NCBI GenBank assembly: GCA_016185425.1
Contig: JACPNQ010000035.1
Coordinates: forward strand, 1 to 64,000
Source: Acidobacteriota bacterium
GTDB taxonomy: Bacteria > Acidobacteriota > Terriglobia > Bryobacterales > Bryobacteraceae
Direction of reading: 5' to 3'
Length of the DNA stretch: 64,000 nucleotides
In this document: positions 29,610-38,918 of the stretch, one piece after another
How the letters are laid out: each line of letters begins with the position of its first letter
Position numbering within the stretch: the first letter of the stretch is position 1
Notes under the pieces: generated by a model
What the model was told of the DNA's origin: nothing
The model's input: the letters and a program-made list of their open reading frames with translations, nothing else
Databases searched by the model: none
Position numbers and translations under genes: made by a program

Positions 29610-31046
29610 ATGCCTGAACGCATTCGAAGGCAAGTTTTGGCGGTGGCCCCGATGCCGCCGGAGAAGAGCGCATATGCTCTGGCGCGGTACAGCCGATCGG
29701 CGGATTCGATCGTCGAGTCGCTGGCGTGGGTGCGTACCCACGACTCGTCGAAGTTCCTCGAGAGCTTCTACTTCCAATACGGCCACGCCTCCATCGCCGA
29801 CCTTGGCCACATCGTCCTCTGTTTCGAAGGAATTTCGGAGCTCGCCGCGGCGGAGGTGGAGGACGAGCAGCTTTGGGACGGACAGGCGAAGTCCTCGCGA
29901 TATCAGGACTTTGGCAAGTCCGGATTCGTTGTTCCGCCGGAGTTCACCGGCGCCAACGCCGTCGCCTACGAAGCGGCGGGCAACGCGCTTCTCACGGCCT
30001 ATCGGGAGGTCCACGAGGCTTCGTTCGCTTACCTCAGCAGCCACCTGCCCAAGCCAGAAGAGATGAGGCCCGACGCTTACCAGCGCAACATCGCCGCACG
30101 GGCTTTTGATGTCGCCCGGTACCTTCTCTTCTGGGGCGTTCCGACCAATGTCGGTCAGGTGACTTCGATCCGTACTCTCGAAAAGCAGATTCAGCGCCTT
30201 CGAGCGTCCGCCTATGCGGAAATGCGGGCCATCGGTGATGAAATCGCCGCCGCCTGCGCCGCCGAGCCGGGCTGCAAATGGGATCTCGACCGGCCCGTCG
30301 AGCCCCTCGCCCCTACGCTGGCCAAGTATTGTACTGCCGACGAACACCTCCGCACGTCCCGGGAAGACCTGCGCGTGTGGGCTGCGCAAAATCTCGGCTC
30401 CTTCGCGGTGCCGGTCGATGAACCAGTCGATCTGCTGAAACCGGCCGACACCATCGCTGACATCGTAGCGACCTTGCTCTATCCGGTCTGCAACTGGCCT
30501 TTCCGCGCCCTGTACGATTGGGCGGCGGGCGTCTCTTCCGCCGTGCGCGCTGAAGTTATCGACGCCGCGGTGCGTTCCCGCACGCGCCGCGACGACCTGC
30601 TTCGCGAGTTCCGCGGCAATCTCTATTGCTATGACATGGTGATGGACATCGGCGCCTATCGTGACTTCCATCGACACCGCCGCTGCCAGCAGTATCGCCA
30701 GGCCTATACGGGAGCACTCGGCTATGATCTACCGGAGGTGGTTGCCGGGTCGGGCATGGAGGCGACGTACCGCAAGGCGATGGACGGCGCGCTGGCCGCG
30801 GTGCACCGCCTACCAGCACCTGGCTCGGACTACCTGCTTCCCTTCGGCGCACGTAACCGCTTCCTGTTCAAGATGGACTTCGCGGAAGCGGAATACATCG
30901 CCCGCGTGCGCAGCGGGGTGAAGGGCCATTTCAGCTACCGCAAGATCGCCTGGGACATGAAGTGCGCCATGGAGAACCTGGAACCGGAGCTCGCGCGGCT
31001 GATGGACGGCACGCCACCATGGGTGGAAGACCCGTTGAAACGATAA
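29610..31046 (+). CDS. thyX: Tandem-domain ThyX-family (FAD-dependent thymidylate synthase-like) protein
   Basis: Two ThyX-like halves. Half 1 keeps an SSRY element but lacks RHR. Half 2 keeps FHRHRR but lacks the Ser of RHRx7S. C-terminal ThyX-like helices are present in both halves. Confidence 0.6.
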   Translation: MPERIRRQVLAVAPMPPEKSAYALARYSRSADSIVESLAWVRTHDSSKFLESFYFQYGHASIADLGHIVLCFEGISELAAAEVEDEQLWDGQAKSSRYQDFGKSGFVVPPEFTGANAVAYEAAGNALLTAYREVHEASFAYLSSHLPKPEEMRPDAYQRNIAARAFDVARYLLFWGVPTNVGQVTSIRTLEKQIQRLRASAYAEMRAIGDEIAAACAAEPGCKWDLDRPVEPLAPTLAKYCTADEHLRTSREDLRVWAAQNLGSFAVPVDEPVDLLKPADTIADIVATLLYPVCNWPFRALYDWAAGVSSAVRAEVIDAAVRSRTRRDDLLREFRGNLYCYDMVMDIGAYRDFHRHRRCQQYRQAYTGALGYDLPEVVAGSGMEATYRKAMDGALAAVHRLPAPGSDYLLPFGARNRFLFKMDFAEAEYIARVRSGVKGHFSYRKIAWDMKCAMENLEPELARLMDGTPPWVEDPLKR

Positions 31047-31049
31047 CTT

Positions 31050-32300
31050 TCAGACCGCCGCCTCCAACACCTTCATCTTCGCCGTGAGAGTCGTGCGTTT
31101 CATGCCGAGAATATCGGCCGCTTGACTCTTATTCCCGCCAGTGCGGCGTAGCGCTTGTTCGATCAGCGTACGCTCCAATTTCTGCACCGTTTGTTGTAGA
31201 TCCATCCCGCTTTCCGGCACCGCGGCCACCGATGGCGTCGTCGCAGTCGACCGCACGGCCCGCGGCAGCAAAAAATCGGACGGATAGAGCGTCTGACGCT
31301 CTCCGCTTAAGATGACCGCACGCTCAACGGTGTTCTCCAACTGGCGGACATTGCCCGGCCACGAATACTCCCGCAGCACCTCGACCGTTTCCGTATACGC
31401 CCGCTTCGCAGGTATCGCTTCCGCTTTGCAGATCTTCTCCAGAAAGTGATCGACAAGCAGCGGAATATCCTGCCGCCGTTCGCGCAATGGCGGTATGTGA
31501 ATCGGCACAACATTTAGCCGGTAATATAGGTCCTCACGAAATTTGCCGTGCTCGATGCGATGTTCCAACTCGGCGTTCGTCGCGGCAATCACGCGCACGT
31601 CGAGTTTCACGGTCTCTCCGCTGCCAAGCCGCTGACACTCCCGCTCCTGCAGCACGCGCAGCAGTTTCGCCTGGATCTCGAACGGCAGGTCGCCGATCTC
31701 GTCCAAAAAAATCGTCCCCCGCTGCGCCTGTTCAAACCGGCCGATTCGTGCCTGCATCGCGCCCGTAAATGCTCCGCGCGTGTGGCCGAACAGTTCCGCC
31801 TCCAGCAGCGTATCCGGAAGCGCCGTGCAGTTTACTGGTATGATCGGCGCGCTGCATCGCGTACTTGCCGCGTGCAGTGCCCGCGCGATCATCTCCTTCC
31901 CGGTCCCCGTCTCTCCTTGAATCAGCACCGTGCTTCGGCGTGGGCCGAGAATGCGAATCGTATCGAACACCGGCTGCATCGACGGGCTCTCGCCAATCAG
32001 AAACGCACGCCAAGGCTCGGCGATGGGCGCAGGCCTCTCAGTGGCCGGCCGCCATGCCGACGCGGACGCGGCATCGTCAAAGTACTCCGCTGCCCCGAGG
32101 CGGATCAACCGGATGGCCTCATGCGCCGGTCCCGAATCGCGATGGAACGCAACCGGCAACCGCGGATGTACCTCGCGAACCGAATCCAGCAACGTCTCCG
32201 GGCGTTCATCGCCAAAAGGAAGCGAGATAAGCACCCCCGCCGGGCGCGTCGCGGCGAGGAAGCTCATCGATTCCGGATCGGTAATGCGCAAGACATCCAC
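31050..32300 (-). CDS. Sigma-54-dependent transcriptional activator (NtrC/Fis family) with a degenerate receiver-like N-terminus
   Basis: GETGTGKE Walker A, GAFTGA sigma54-interaction motif, and a C-terminal Fis HTH. GTG start at 32300 (ATG at 32267). Confidence 0.9.
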   Translation of the reverse strand: MDVLRITDPESMSFLAATRPAGVLISLPFGDERPETLLDSVREVHPRLPVAFHRDSGPAHEAIRLIRLGAAEYFDDAASASAWRPATERPAPIAEPWRAFLIGESPSMQPVFDTIRILGPRRSTVLIQGETGTGKEMIARALHAASTRCSAPIIPVNCTALPDTLLEAELFGHTRGAFTGAMQARIGRFEQAQRGTIFLDEIGDLPFEIQAKLLRVLQERECQRLGSGETVKLDVRVIAATNAELEHRIEHGKFREDLYYRLNVVPIHIPPLRERRQDIPLLVDHFLEKICKAEAIPAKRAYTETVEVLREYSWPGNVRQLENTVERAVILSGERQTLYPSDFLLPRAVRSTATTPSVAAVPESGMDLQQTVQKLERTLIEQALRRTGGNKSQAADILGMKRTTLTAKMKVLEAAV

Positions 32301-32363
32301 GCCCTTCTATCGGCCTCCGTTTTCGCTCTCTTTATTCCAGAAAAGTCCGGTAACCTAGGGTAA

Positions 32364-33920
32364 ATGGCAAGACGCTATTTGCTGGCGTGCGCGATTCTGA
32401 TGGCCTCCGCGGCGCGCGGACAAGCCATCCAAAGCGCGGGGTTGAAGACCGACCCGGTGCGCGCCGAAAAGGCGTTCACGGATGGACAGGCCGCCGCAAA
32501 AGCGGGCCGCTGGAACGAGGCTCTCGAGAGCCTCACAACCGCCATTCTCTATCAGAAGGATCACATCGAAGCCCACCGCGCCCGCGCGAAGGTTTACATC
32601 GCTGCCAACCGTCCGGCCGACGCCCTCACTGACCTGAATACTCTCATCCAGCAAAAGCCAACCGACGGCGAAGCACTCGCCATGCGCGCGAACATTCACC
32701 TGGCCGCCAACCGCACCGCGCAAAGCCGCGCGGACCTCGACGCCGCCATCAATGCCGGTTACAAGACAAACGCCGTCTACCTGGCGAAAGCCCGCCTCCA
32801 GGCCGCCGCCAACGAACACGAGCCGGCCCTCATCAGCTACACGGAGGCTATCCGCCTGCGCCTCGACGATCCCGAGCCTTACAAAGAGCGGGGCCTGTCC
32901 TATATGGCTCTCCGCCGTTTCCAGGACGCCCTTGAAGACTTCACCCGCCATCTCGACTACCGTCCGGACGCAACGGAAGTTATCGTCGAGCGCGGGTTCG
33001 CGCATGGTCAATTGGGCCAGTTCGATAAGGCGTCGATCGAAATGACACGTGCCTTGAAGCTGGATCCAAAACACGCCCGGGCGCTGTTCCTCCGCGGCGA
33101 GGCCTTCCGCCGGCTGAGCCGAAACGAGGAGGCCGTCACAGACCTCACCGCGGCGATCGCGCTCTCTCCCAACGAGGCCAATCTCTACCTCGCTCGTGGC
33201 GCAACCTATGTATCAATGGGAAAAATCGCCGAGGCTCTTGCGGACCGCTCCGAAGCCGTGCGGCTCCAACCCGAAAACCCCCGCGCCTACATCGCGCGCG
33301 GCGGCTCCTACCACATGCTGCAAAAACATGAGGAGGGCTATGCCGACCGTAGCAAGGCGATTGAACTGGCCCCCGGAATGCCCGAAGCCTGGCTCGCCAG
33401 AGGCAGTGCTTACTACCTCAACGGCAACTACGAACTGGCTCTCCGCGACCTTACGCGCGCCCGTCAACTCGCCCCACAGGATCAGGAAGTTGCCGGCGTG
33501 TATGCCAGCATCCGCCGCAAGCTGGAAGAAAGACAAGCGCCGCCGCCTCCGTCGCCCGCACCAGCCCCCGAACCAACAAAGGCGCAGGAGCCGCCGAAGC
33601 CGGAGCCCGTCGTTGCGAAGATCGAACCACCAAAGATCGAACCACGGCCAAAGCCCGTGACGGCAAAAGCTCTCCAGGAGGAGGGCCGCCGTCTCGCCGC
33701 GGCGAACGACTTCAAAGGCGCCATCGCCGCCTTCACCGCATCCATCGAAAAGAACGCCAAGCTGGCGCTTGCCTGGAATGGCCGCGGCTATGCCAAATTG
33801 CGCCTGGCAGACTACAAGGGCGCCATCGAGGACTTTACCGTGGCGCTAAAGCTGAATCCTGACTACGCCAACGCTCAGCACAACCTCGCCGTCGCTCAGG
33901 AAAATCTCCCGAAGCGTTAG
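32364..33920 (+). CDS. Secreted multi-TPR repeat protein with a Pro/Lys-rich linker
   Basis: Signal peptide, at least 10 TPR units, and a PPPSPAPAPEPTKAQEPPKPEP linker. Confidence 0.8.
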   Translation: MARRYLLACAILMASAARGQAIQSAGLKTDPVRAEKAFTDGQAAAKAGRWNEALESLTTAILYQKDHIEAHRARAKVYIAANRPADALTDLNTLIQQKPTDGEALAMRANIHLAANRTAQSRADLDAAINAGYKTNAVYLAKARLQAAANEHEPALISYTEAIRLRLDDPEPYKERGLSYMALRRFQDALEDFTRHLDYRPDATEVIVERGFAHGQLGQFDKASIEMTRALKLDPKHARALFLRGEAFRRLSRNEEAVTDLTAAIALSPNEANLYLARGATYVSMGKIAEALADRSEAVRLQPENPRAYIARGGSYHMLQKHEEGYADRSKAIELAPGMPEAWLARGSAYYLNGNYELALRDLTRARQLAPQDQEVAGVYASIRRKLEERQAPPPPSPAPAPEPTKAQEPPKPEPVVAKIEPPKIEPRPKPVTAKALQEEGRRLAAANDFKGAIAAFTASIEKNAKLALAWNGRGYAKLRLADYKGAIEDFTVALKLNPDYANAQHNLAVAQENLPKR

Positions 33921-34383
33921 CGCAGCACCGCCCGCACATCGCCACGCCCTGTTTCTGGCCGCCGCTCAGGTCGGCTGGATAACTCTTCAGTTTTGCGCCC
34001 AGCCCGACAGACTCCAACAGCTCGGCTGCCTGACGGGAAGGATGCGGAACATTCTTCAGCCTGCACATCACCGCGACGTTCTCCAGCGCCGTAAGCGCCG
34101 GAAACAGGGTGAAGTCCTGAAAGATGAACCCGAACAGATCCCGGCGAAGCGCGGGCAACTCTTTCTCCGGCATTCCAACGATTTCCCGTCCGTCAATTGT
34201 TACGCTCCCGGAGGTAGCCGTAAGTATTCCGCCGAGAATGGAGATGGAGATAAGGATTGTTTTCCCGCTTCCGCTCGGCCCCATCAACACCAGCACCTCG
34301 CCGGCGTTCACGTCCATCGAGACGCCATTCAACGCGTTGGCGCCCGTTCCGTAAGTCTTCACCAAGTCTCGTACGATCACCAT
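33835..34383 (-). pseudogene. ABC transporter ATP-binding protein (DevA/LolD/MacB-type), 3'-truncated remnant
   Basis: Walker A GPSGSGKT, Q-loop, and LSGGQKQ signature are present. The reading frame then degenerates and overlaps the TPR gene 3' end. No Walker B, D-loop or H-loop in any frame downstream. Confidence 0.6.
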
Positions 34384-34385
34384 AA

Positions 34386-35531
34386 CTAGCCTCGAAAAAC
34401 CATCGCCGGATCAATTGTCGTTGCCTTCCGGATCGAAAGCAGCGACGCGCTCATGCACATCAGCAGCGTCATGCCGAAGATCCCTATCGCTACCTGCCAC
34501 GGCAGCTTGATCAGCAGGTCCGTATTCGCGGTCGAATTCACCACAAACAACGCAATCGATATCCCCAGCGCGTACCCCATCACGGCCGCCAGCACCGCCT
34601 GCAGAATGATTACCTGGTAGATCTGCCCGTTCGTTGCTCCCATCGCCTTCAAAGTGCCGAACTCTTTCAGGTGGTCGATCGTCGCGGCATAGATCGTCTG
34701 CGCCACGACGACGATTCCCACCAGCAAGCCGAGAATCGCGCCCATCAGCGTCGTCGTTCCCGCGCCCGTGCCAAACACCCAGTAGTTCTGTGTGCGCTTC
34801 AGCATCTCCGCCCTCGTGAACACCTCCACGCCCGGCACCGCCGCCTGCACACCGGCCTTCACGGCCGCCAGGTCCGCGCCCGGTTTCGTCCGCAGCAGAA
34901 TGAAAACAGTGCCGGCTTCCCGCAGCCGCATGTACGTCTGCGCGTTTTTGAAGGAGGTGAACACATAGGGAGCCGTCGTGAAGGAGCGAATCCCCCGGGT
35001 GAATCCCGCGACTCGGACCCGCTTCCCGTTCAACTCCAGCGTGTCGCCAATTCTCGAAACACCGAGTTTCTTCTTGTACAACTCGTCGATAAACACCGTG
35101 TCTTCCCCGCGCAGGTCGTCAATCCGGCCCTCCACCACGTTCCCGGGCGCCCCCATGCCGGAATCAAGGTCGAAGCCGGCCACCTGGCACGACTGAAACG
35201 CCCCGTTCGGCAGCTTCCAGTTCAGGAAGAACAGCGTGAAGCTCGCCGCCGTTTCCACCCCAGCCACCTGCATCGCCTTCCGCCGCTTACTCTCCGCGAT
35301 GGGCGATCCGCCGTTCACATTGGGAATCCCAGGCGCCGAAATCCAGGGATCCGCCGTGTTGTGCCCCACCACGTTCGCGCTCGTGTCCAGGAAGTCCAGG
35401 AACATCCCGAACTGCACGGCGATCAAAACCAGCGTGAAAACGATGCCCGGTAGCGTCACACCCAGACGGACCCGGTCATGCAACAGATTTTTCCAAGCTA
35501 GAATATTCATCAAAAACCGTCCATCAGTCAA
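34386..35531 (-). CDS. ABC transporter permease, FtsX family (DevC/MacB/LolC-like)
   Basis: N-terminal TM, large periplasmic domain, and a C-terminal FtsX 3-TM bundle. Confidence 0.8.
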   Translation of the reverse strand: MTDGRFLMNILAWKNLLHDRVRLGVTLPGIVFTLVLIAVQFGMFLDFLDTSANVVGHNTADPWISAPGIPNVNGGSPIAESKRRKAMQVAGVETAASFTLFFLNWKLPNGAFQSCQVAGFDLDSGMGAPGNVVEGRIDDLRGEDTVFIDELYKKKLGVSRIGDTLELNGKRVRVAGFTRGIRSFTTAPYVFTSFKNAQTYMRLREAGTVFILLRTKPGADLAAVKAGVQAAVPGVEVFTRAEMLKRTQNYWVFGTGAGTTTLMGAILGLLVGIVVVAQTIYAATIDHLKEFGTLKAMGATNGQIYQVIILQAVLAAVMGYALGISIALFVVNSTANTDLLIKLPWQVAIGIFGMTLLMCMSASLLSIRKATTIDPAMVFRG

Positions 35532-35601
35532 TTACTGAACAATGTTCGGTATACAAGGATGGTTCTCAGAGTCAAGAGTGTTCAAAAGAGCGGAAAATAA
35601 A

Positions 35602-36216
35602 TTATGCGCGTAATCCGCGTACAATCAAATCGACCGACCGGTCGACCAGCGCTTCCTTGGACGGCCATGGAAAGTTATATCTGCCGTGGTCGTTGATGAG
35701 CACAGCAGTGGTGCCGTGGAGTTGCATCCAGACGGCGATCGCGTCGGCAAACGGATCACCCCTGTGGAAGATCCCCGCGTCCTGGCATCGCACAATGCAG
35801 CGCGCCAGATACTCTAACGCCTGCATTCCCAAGCGGTTGGGCTCTTCCTGATAGGCGAACTCATCCGGCGTGGATGTGCCGAACACCACCTGATACTGAT
35901 GCGGGTTCTCCAACCCGAACGCGATGTAGCACCGGACGCCCGCCAGGAATCCATCAAGCGGCGGCAATTCGCGCTGTTCGATCTCGTCCAGCCGCTCGAT
36001 CAGCGTTTCGAACGCTTCCGTGCAGATCGCCCCAACGATTTCGGTCTTGTTTTTGAAGTACAGGTAGATTGTGGATGCCGAATATTCGATCCGGTCCGCA
36101 ATCCCACGCATCGTGACGCTCTCGAACCCGTTCTCCAGGAACAACTCGATCGCCGCATCCAGAGTCTTCTGGCGCAGGGCGTCTTTCTCGCGTGCGCGGC
36201 GTTCGGCAATACCCAT
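35602..36216 (-). CDS. TetR/AcrR-family transcriptional regulator
   Basis: N-terminal TetR HTH (TLDAAIELFLENGFESVTMRGIADRIEYSASTIYLYFKNK). Confidence 0.9.
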   Translation of the reverse strand: MGIAERRAREKDALRQKTLDAAIELFLENGFESVTMRGIADRIEYSASTIYLYFKNKTEIVGAICTEAFETLIERLDEIEQRELPPLDGFLAGVRCYIAFGLENPHQYQVVFGTSTPDEFAYQEEPNRLGMQALEYLARCIVRCQDAGIFHRGDPFADAIAVWMQLHGTTAVLINDHGRYNFPWPSKEALVDRSVDLIVRGLRA

Positions 36217-36415
36217 ACAGTTTCAACCCTGTAATCGCAGATTCAGGGGGGTTGTCAATTCGCGATCACCACATACCCCCTGCACTCCAGCACCGGCAAG
36301 CGCGGGTACTTAGGGAACGTGGGATCCGTTAACCCCAATCGGCACAACAGATACACGCTACCTTTCGGCGGCACGATCTCCTGCCGATGTAGGCATCCGC
36401 GGCACAATCCAGCGT

Positions 36416-37150
36416 TCACTTCGGCTCCTCTTCGAACCGGATTACCGTGTCCGTGCCGAACTTTTGATACTTCGCGTACTCCACTCGCATGCGCAGCCGA
36501 AGCGACCCGTTTCGGAACGGGAGCGTATCGTCCGCCACCGTCAGCGCCGGGAACCAGAACCCATCCGGCATCCTACGCCGGATCGTCCGGAATCGGGGGA
36601 AAAGATTCTCCTGCTTCGTTCCCAAAATCTCCGGCACCGCCTGGCCTTCACTCTGCACGACGGAAAAGTCGTCCTGCGCGATCCATAGCAGACCGGAGAA
36701 TAGCCGCTGCCCGTCCAGAATCTGCCGAGGCTTCACCTCCAGCACCCAGCAGCGCGCACCCTGGATCGTCTCCTCGCCGCGGTACTGGGTTGTGTAAAGC
36801 CACAGCCGGTCCTTCGTCAGCAGGAGAGGCTGAATCTCGCGCAGATCGCGGAAGTCCTCATCGGTCAGAATCAACCGCACCAGCGAGGATATGCCCTTCC
36901 CAGTCACCTTCTCCGACCGCTCCCCGCCATCGGAGAAAATCACCTCCCGGGTCTCACGGAACTCGCCGGCCTTCGCGCCTTTCGGCCCCATCTCCTCGAT
37001 CAGCACTTTTTGCTGATACAGGTATTTTGCACGCGCGGCTTCGCTCGCCGTTTCCCGCTCCGCGGCTTTCCGGGCAAGCCCCGCCGGCGGCTCGGCCGTC
37101 CAGGCGATAGCGGATACTAAGACAATGCCAACGGCTCTGCCGATGTACAT
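36416..37150 (-). CDS. Secreted hypothetical protein (possible LolA-like fold)
   Basis: ATG at 37150 gives MYIGRAVGIVLVSAIAWTA, a signal peptide. The upstream 80 codons of the track ORF are low-complexity. Function unknown. Confidence 0.35.
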   Translation of the reverse strand: MYIGRAVGIVLVSAIAWTAEPPAGLARKAAERETASEAARAKYLYQQKVLIEEMGPKGAKAGEFRETREVIFSDGGERSEKVTGKGISSLVRLILTDEDFRDLREIQPLLLTKDRLWLYTTQYRGEETIQGARCWVLEVKPRQILDGQRLFSGLLWIAQDDFSVVQSEGQAVPEILGTKQENLFPRFRTIRRRMPDGFWFPALTVADDTLPFRNGSLRLRMRVEYAKYQKFGTDTVIRFEEEPK

Positions 37151-38009
37151 GCAACAACAGCATATCTCCATCGTGCAGGGAGCGGGAATCCTTGCGGCAT
37201 TCCTCATTGAAGCCGCACTCTTTCTCTCCACGAGTTCGCCAAAAGCACGCGCGCGTCTGGGCGTGCTGCCACCTGCGTCGCTCGCGGCGGCGCTGACCGG
37301 TATAACGGCCATCACTTGGCTGCTCGCCGGCGGCGGCGAACTCTGGCAGCTTGCGGCGACTACGGCCGCCGCGGCCGTCTTCGCATTCTGGTACATCCGA
37401 TTCCCGGAAAGCGATGTCCCGATCCTGATTCTCTACGGCGCACTGGCTCTGACAAAGGCATCCTCCGCGCTCTATCCGATCCCGTGGCCGAGGGCGCCGG
37501 TGCCTTTTATTGGCGAACTCGCCTGGCTGCGAACGCTCTTGGTCGCGGCCCTTTTATTCCGCCGCCCGGTACTTACAAACTACGGATTCCTGCCGTCGAA
37601 AACCGAATGGCTGCAGGGCCTCAAGTGGTTTGCCTTGTTCATCCCGGTTGCACTCGCCGTCGGAATCCCCATCGGCTTCGGCAAACTCCGCACGCTCCCG
37701 GATGATAGTTCGAAACTCGCTCTCGCCGTCATTGGCACCTTCCTCGGCCACTTTATATTCGTGGCCCTGCGCGAGGAGGTCCTTTTCCGAGCCATGATTC
37801 TGCCGAAAGCCGGTATCTACGTCACGACGCTGCTCTTCGGCGCCGTCCATCTCCCGTTCGGCCAGTTCCCTAACTGGCGCTTCGCTCTACTTGCGACCAT
37901 CGCGGGCTGGTTCTACGCAAAGTCCTACCAGGCCACCGGCTCCATCCGTTCCGCGATGGTCACTCACGCGCTCACTAACGTTGTCGCGCGCGTATTTTTG
38001 ACTACTTGA
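37125..38009 (+). CDS. CPBP-family intramembrane metalloprotease (CAAX protease / Abi domain)
   Basis: EExxxR (REEVLFR), FxxxH (FGAVH) and HxxxN (THALTN) motifs within a polytopic membrane protein. Confidence 0.8.
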   Translation: MPTALPMYMQQQHISIVQGAGILAAFLIEAALFLSTSSPKARARLGVLPPASLAAALTGITAITWLLAGGGELWQLAATTAAAAVFAFWYIRFPESDVPILILYGALALTKASSALYPIPWPRAPVPFIGELAWLRTLLVAALLFRRPVLTNYGFLPSKTEWLQGLKWFALFIPVALAVGIPIGFGKLRTLPDDSSKLALAVIGTFLGHFIFVALREEVLFRAMILPKAGIYVTTLLFGAVHLPFGQFPNWRFALLATIAGWFYAKSYQATGSIRSAMVTHALTNVVARVFLTT

Positions 38010-38892
38010 CGGGCGGAGGAGGGGGCGGTGGCGGCGGCGGCGGAGGAGGGACGTCAGATCGAGGAGGCGGCGGAGGTGGTGGTGGTGGCGGCGGGGGAGC
38101 CATCTTCTTAGGCAGTTTCGCCGGCGGGGGAGGCTGGTCGGGATCGAGGATAAACACCTCCTCGACGCCTGGCCCCGCGCGAAGCGCGAGCGCCTCCTGC
38201 ACATACCGGTCCGCATCCGCAACCAACGCCTTCGCCTGCTCCGCGCTCGGCGCCATCGACGCCCGGGAACGCTGAATCAGGTTCTGAAACGCCGCAGCCT
38301 CGAAGTGTGTTGGATGCATCTGGCGCAACGCGGCCAAACGCTCCAGCCCATTCGCCATATCGGCGTCGTACTTCGTTCGAAGCTCGTCGCGGACCGCCGC
38401 GTCCGGAATAGGTCCAGGATGATCCGGCGGCAAGCCGAAACGTCGGCGAACCTCCATCAGCTCGGGAAACACTGGGGTCCAGGAGGCGATTGCCGCCGCA
38501 AAGAGACAACCTTCGTACCGGGGTTGGCGGGCGAGGATATTCGCGCAGTGCGCCTTTGCGCCGGCACTGTCCTTCGCCAGCGTGTCGAGCAGGGCCAAGT
38601 TCCATTCGGCGTTGTCGTTGCGCGGTTCGATCTGGAGAACCTCAGTGGAGAGCTTTCGCACACGGTCCCAGCTAGCTTCCGTCTCCGGCTGCCGCAACAG
38701 CACGAACGCCAAATGCAGTCGCGGCATATTCGAACTGGGGTTGGCGCGCAATGCGTCTTCGTAGGAGCGGATGGCGTCGGTCAGATCGCCGCGGTTGAAG
38801 GCCTCCGCGCCTTTGCGCATGTAGTCGTTATAGGATTGCGGAAAGCAGGCTGCTGCCGCGAAAAGACACACGAATAGCGTCCTTGTCGTCAT
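38002..38892 (-). CDS. Secreted TPR-like protein with a C-terminal poly-proline tail
   Basis: Strong AAGGAGG RBS and a signal peptide. TPR-like body. C-terminus PPPPPPPPPPPPPRSDVPPPPPPPPPPPPPVK. Confidence 0.5.
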   Translation of the reverse strand: MTTRTLFVCLFAAAACFPQSYNDYMRKGAEAFNRGDLTDAIRSYEDALRANPSSNMPRLHLAFVLLRQPETEASWDRVRKLSTEVLQIEPRNDNAEWNLALLDTLAKDSAGAKAHCANILARQPRYEGCLFAAAIASWTPVFPELMEVRRRFGLPPDHPGPIPDAAVRDELRTKYDADMANGLERLAALRQMHPTHFEAAAFQNLIQRSRASMAPSAEQAKALVADADRYVQEALALRAGPGVEEVFILDPDQPPPPAKLPKKMAPPPPPPPPPPPPRSDVPPPPPPPPPPPPPVK

Positions 38893-38918
38893 AACAAAGT
38901 ACCTCCTTCAGAAGTCAG

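Noticed and set aside
32301-32363. Looked for a sigma54 (-24 GG / -12 GC) promoter next to the sigma54 activator
   Set aside because: There is no TGGCAC-N5-TTGC-like element in the divergent intergenic region. TGGCACG hits elsewhere (about 10636 and 35190) are inside coding sequences with poor -12 elements.
33921-34000. A frameshift that would restore a full-length ABC ATPase
   Set aside because: Translation of all three frames downstream of LSGGQKQ yields no Walker B or H-loop sequence. The truncation appears real in this assembly.
38006-38275. Poly-glycine ORF (MTGGGGGGGGGGGG...)
   Set aside because: It is the antisense reading of the poly-proline codons of the 38002..38892 gene. It has no RBS or signal.
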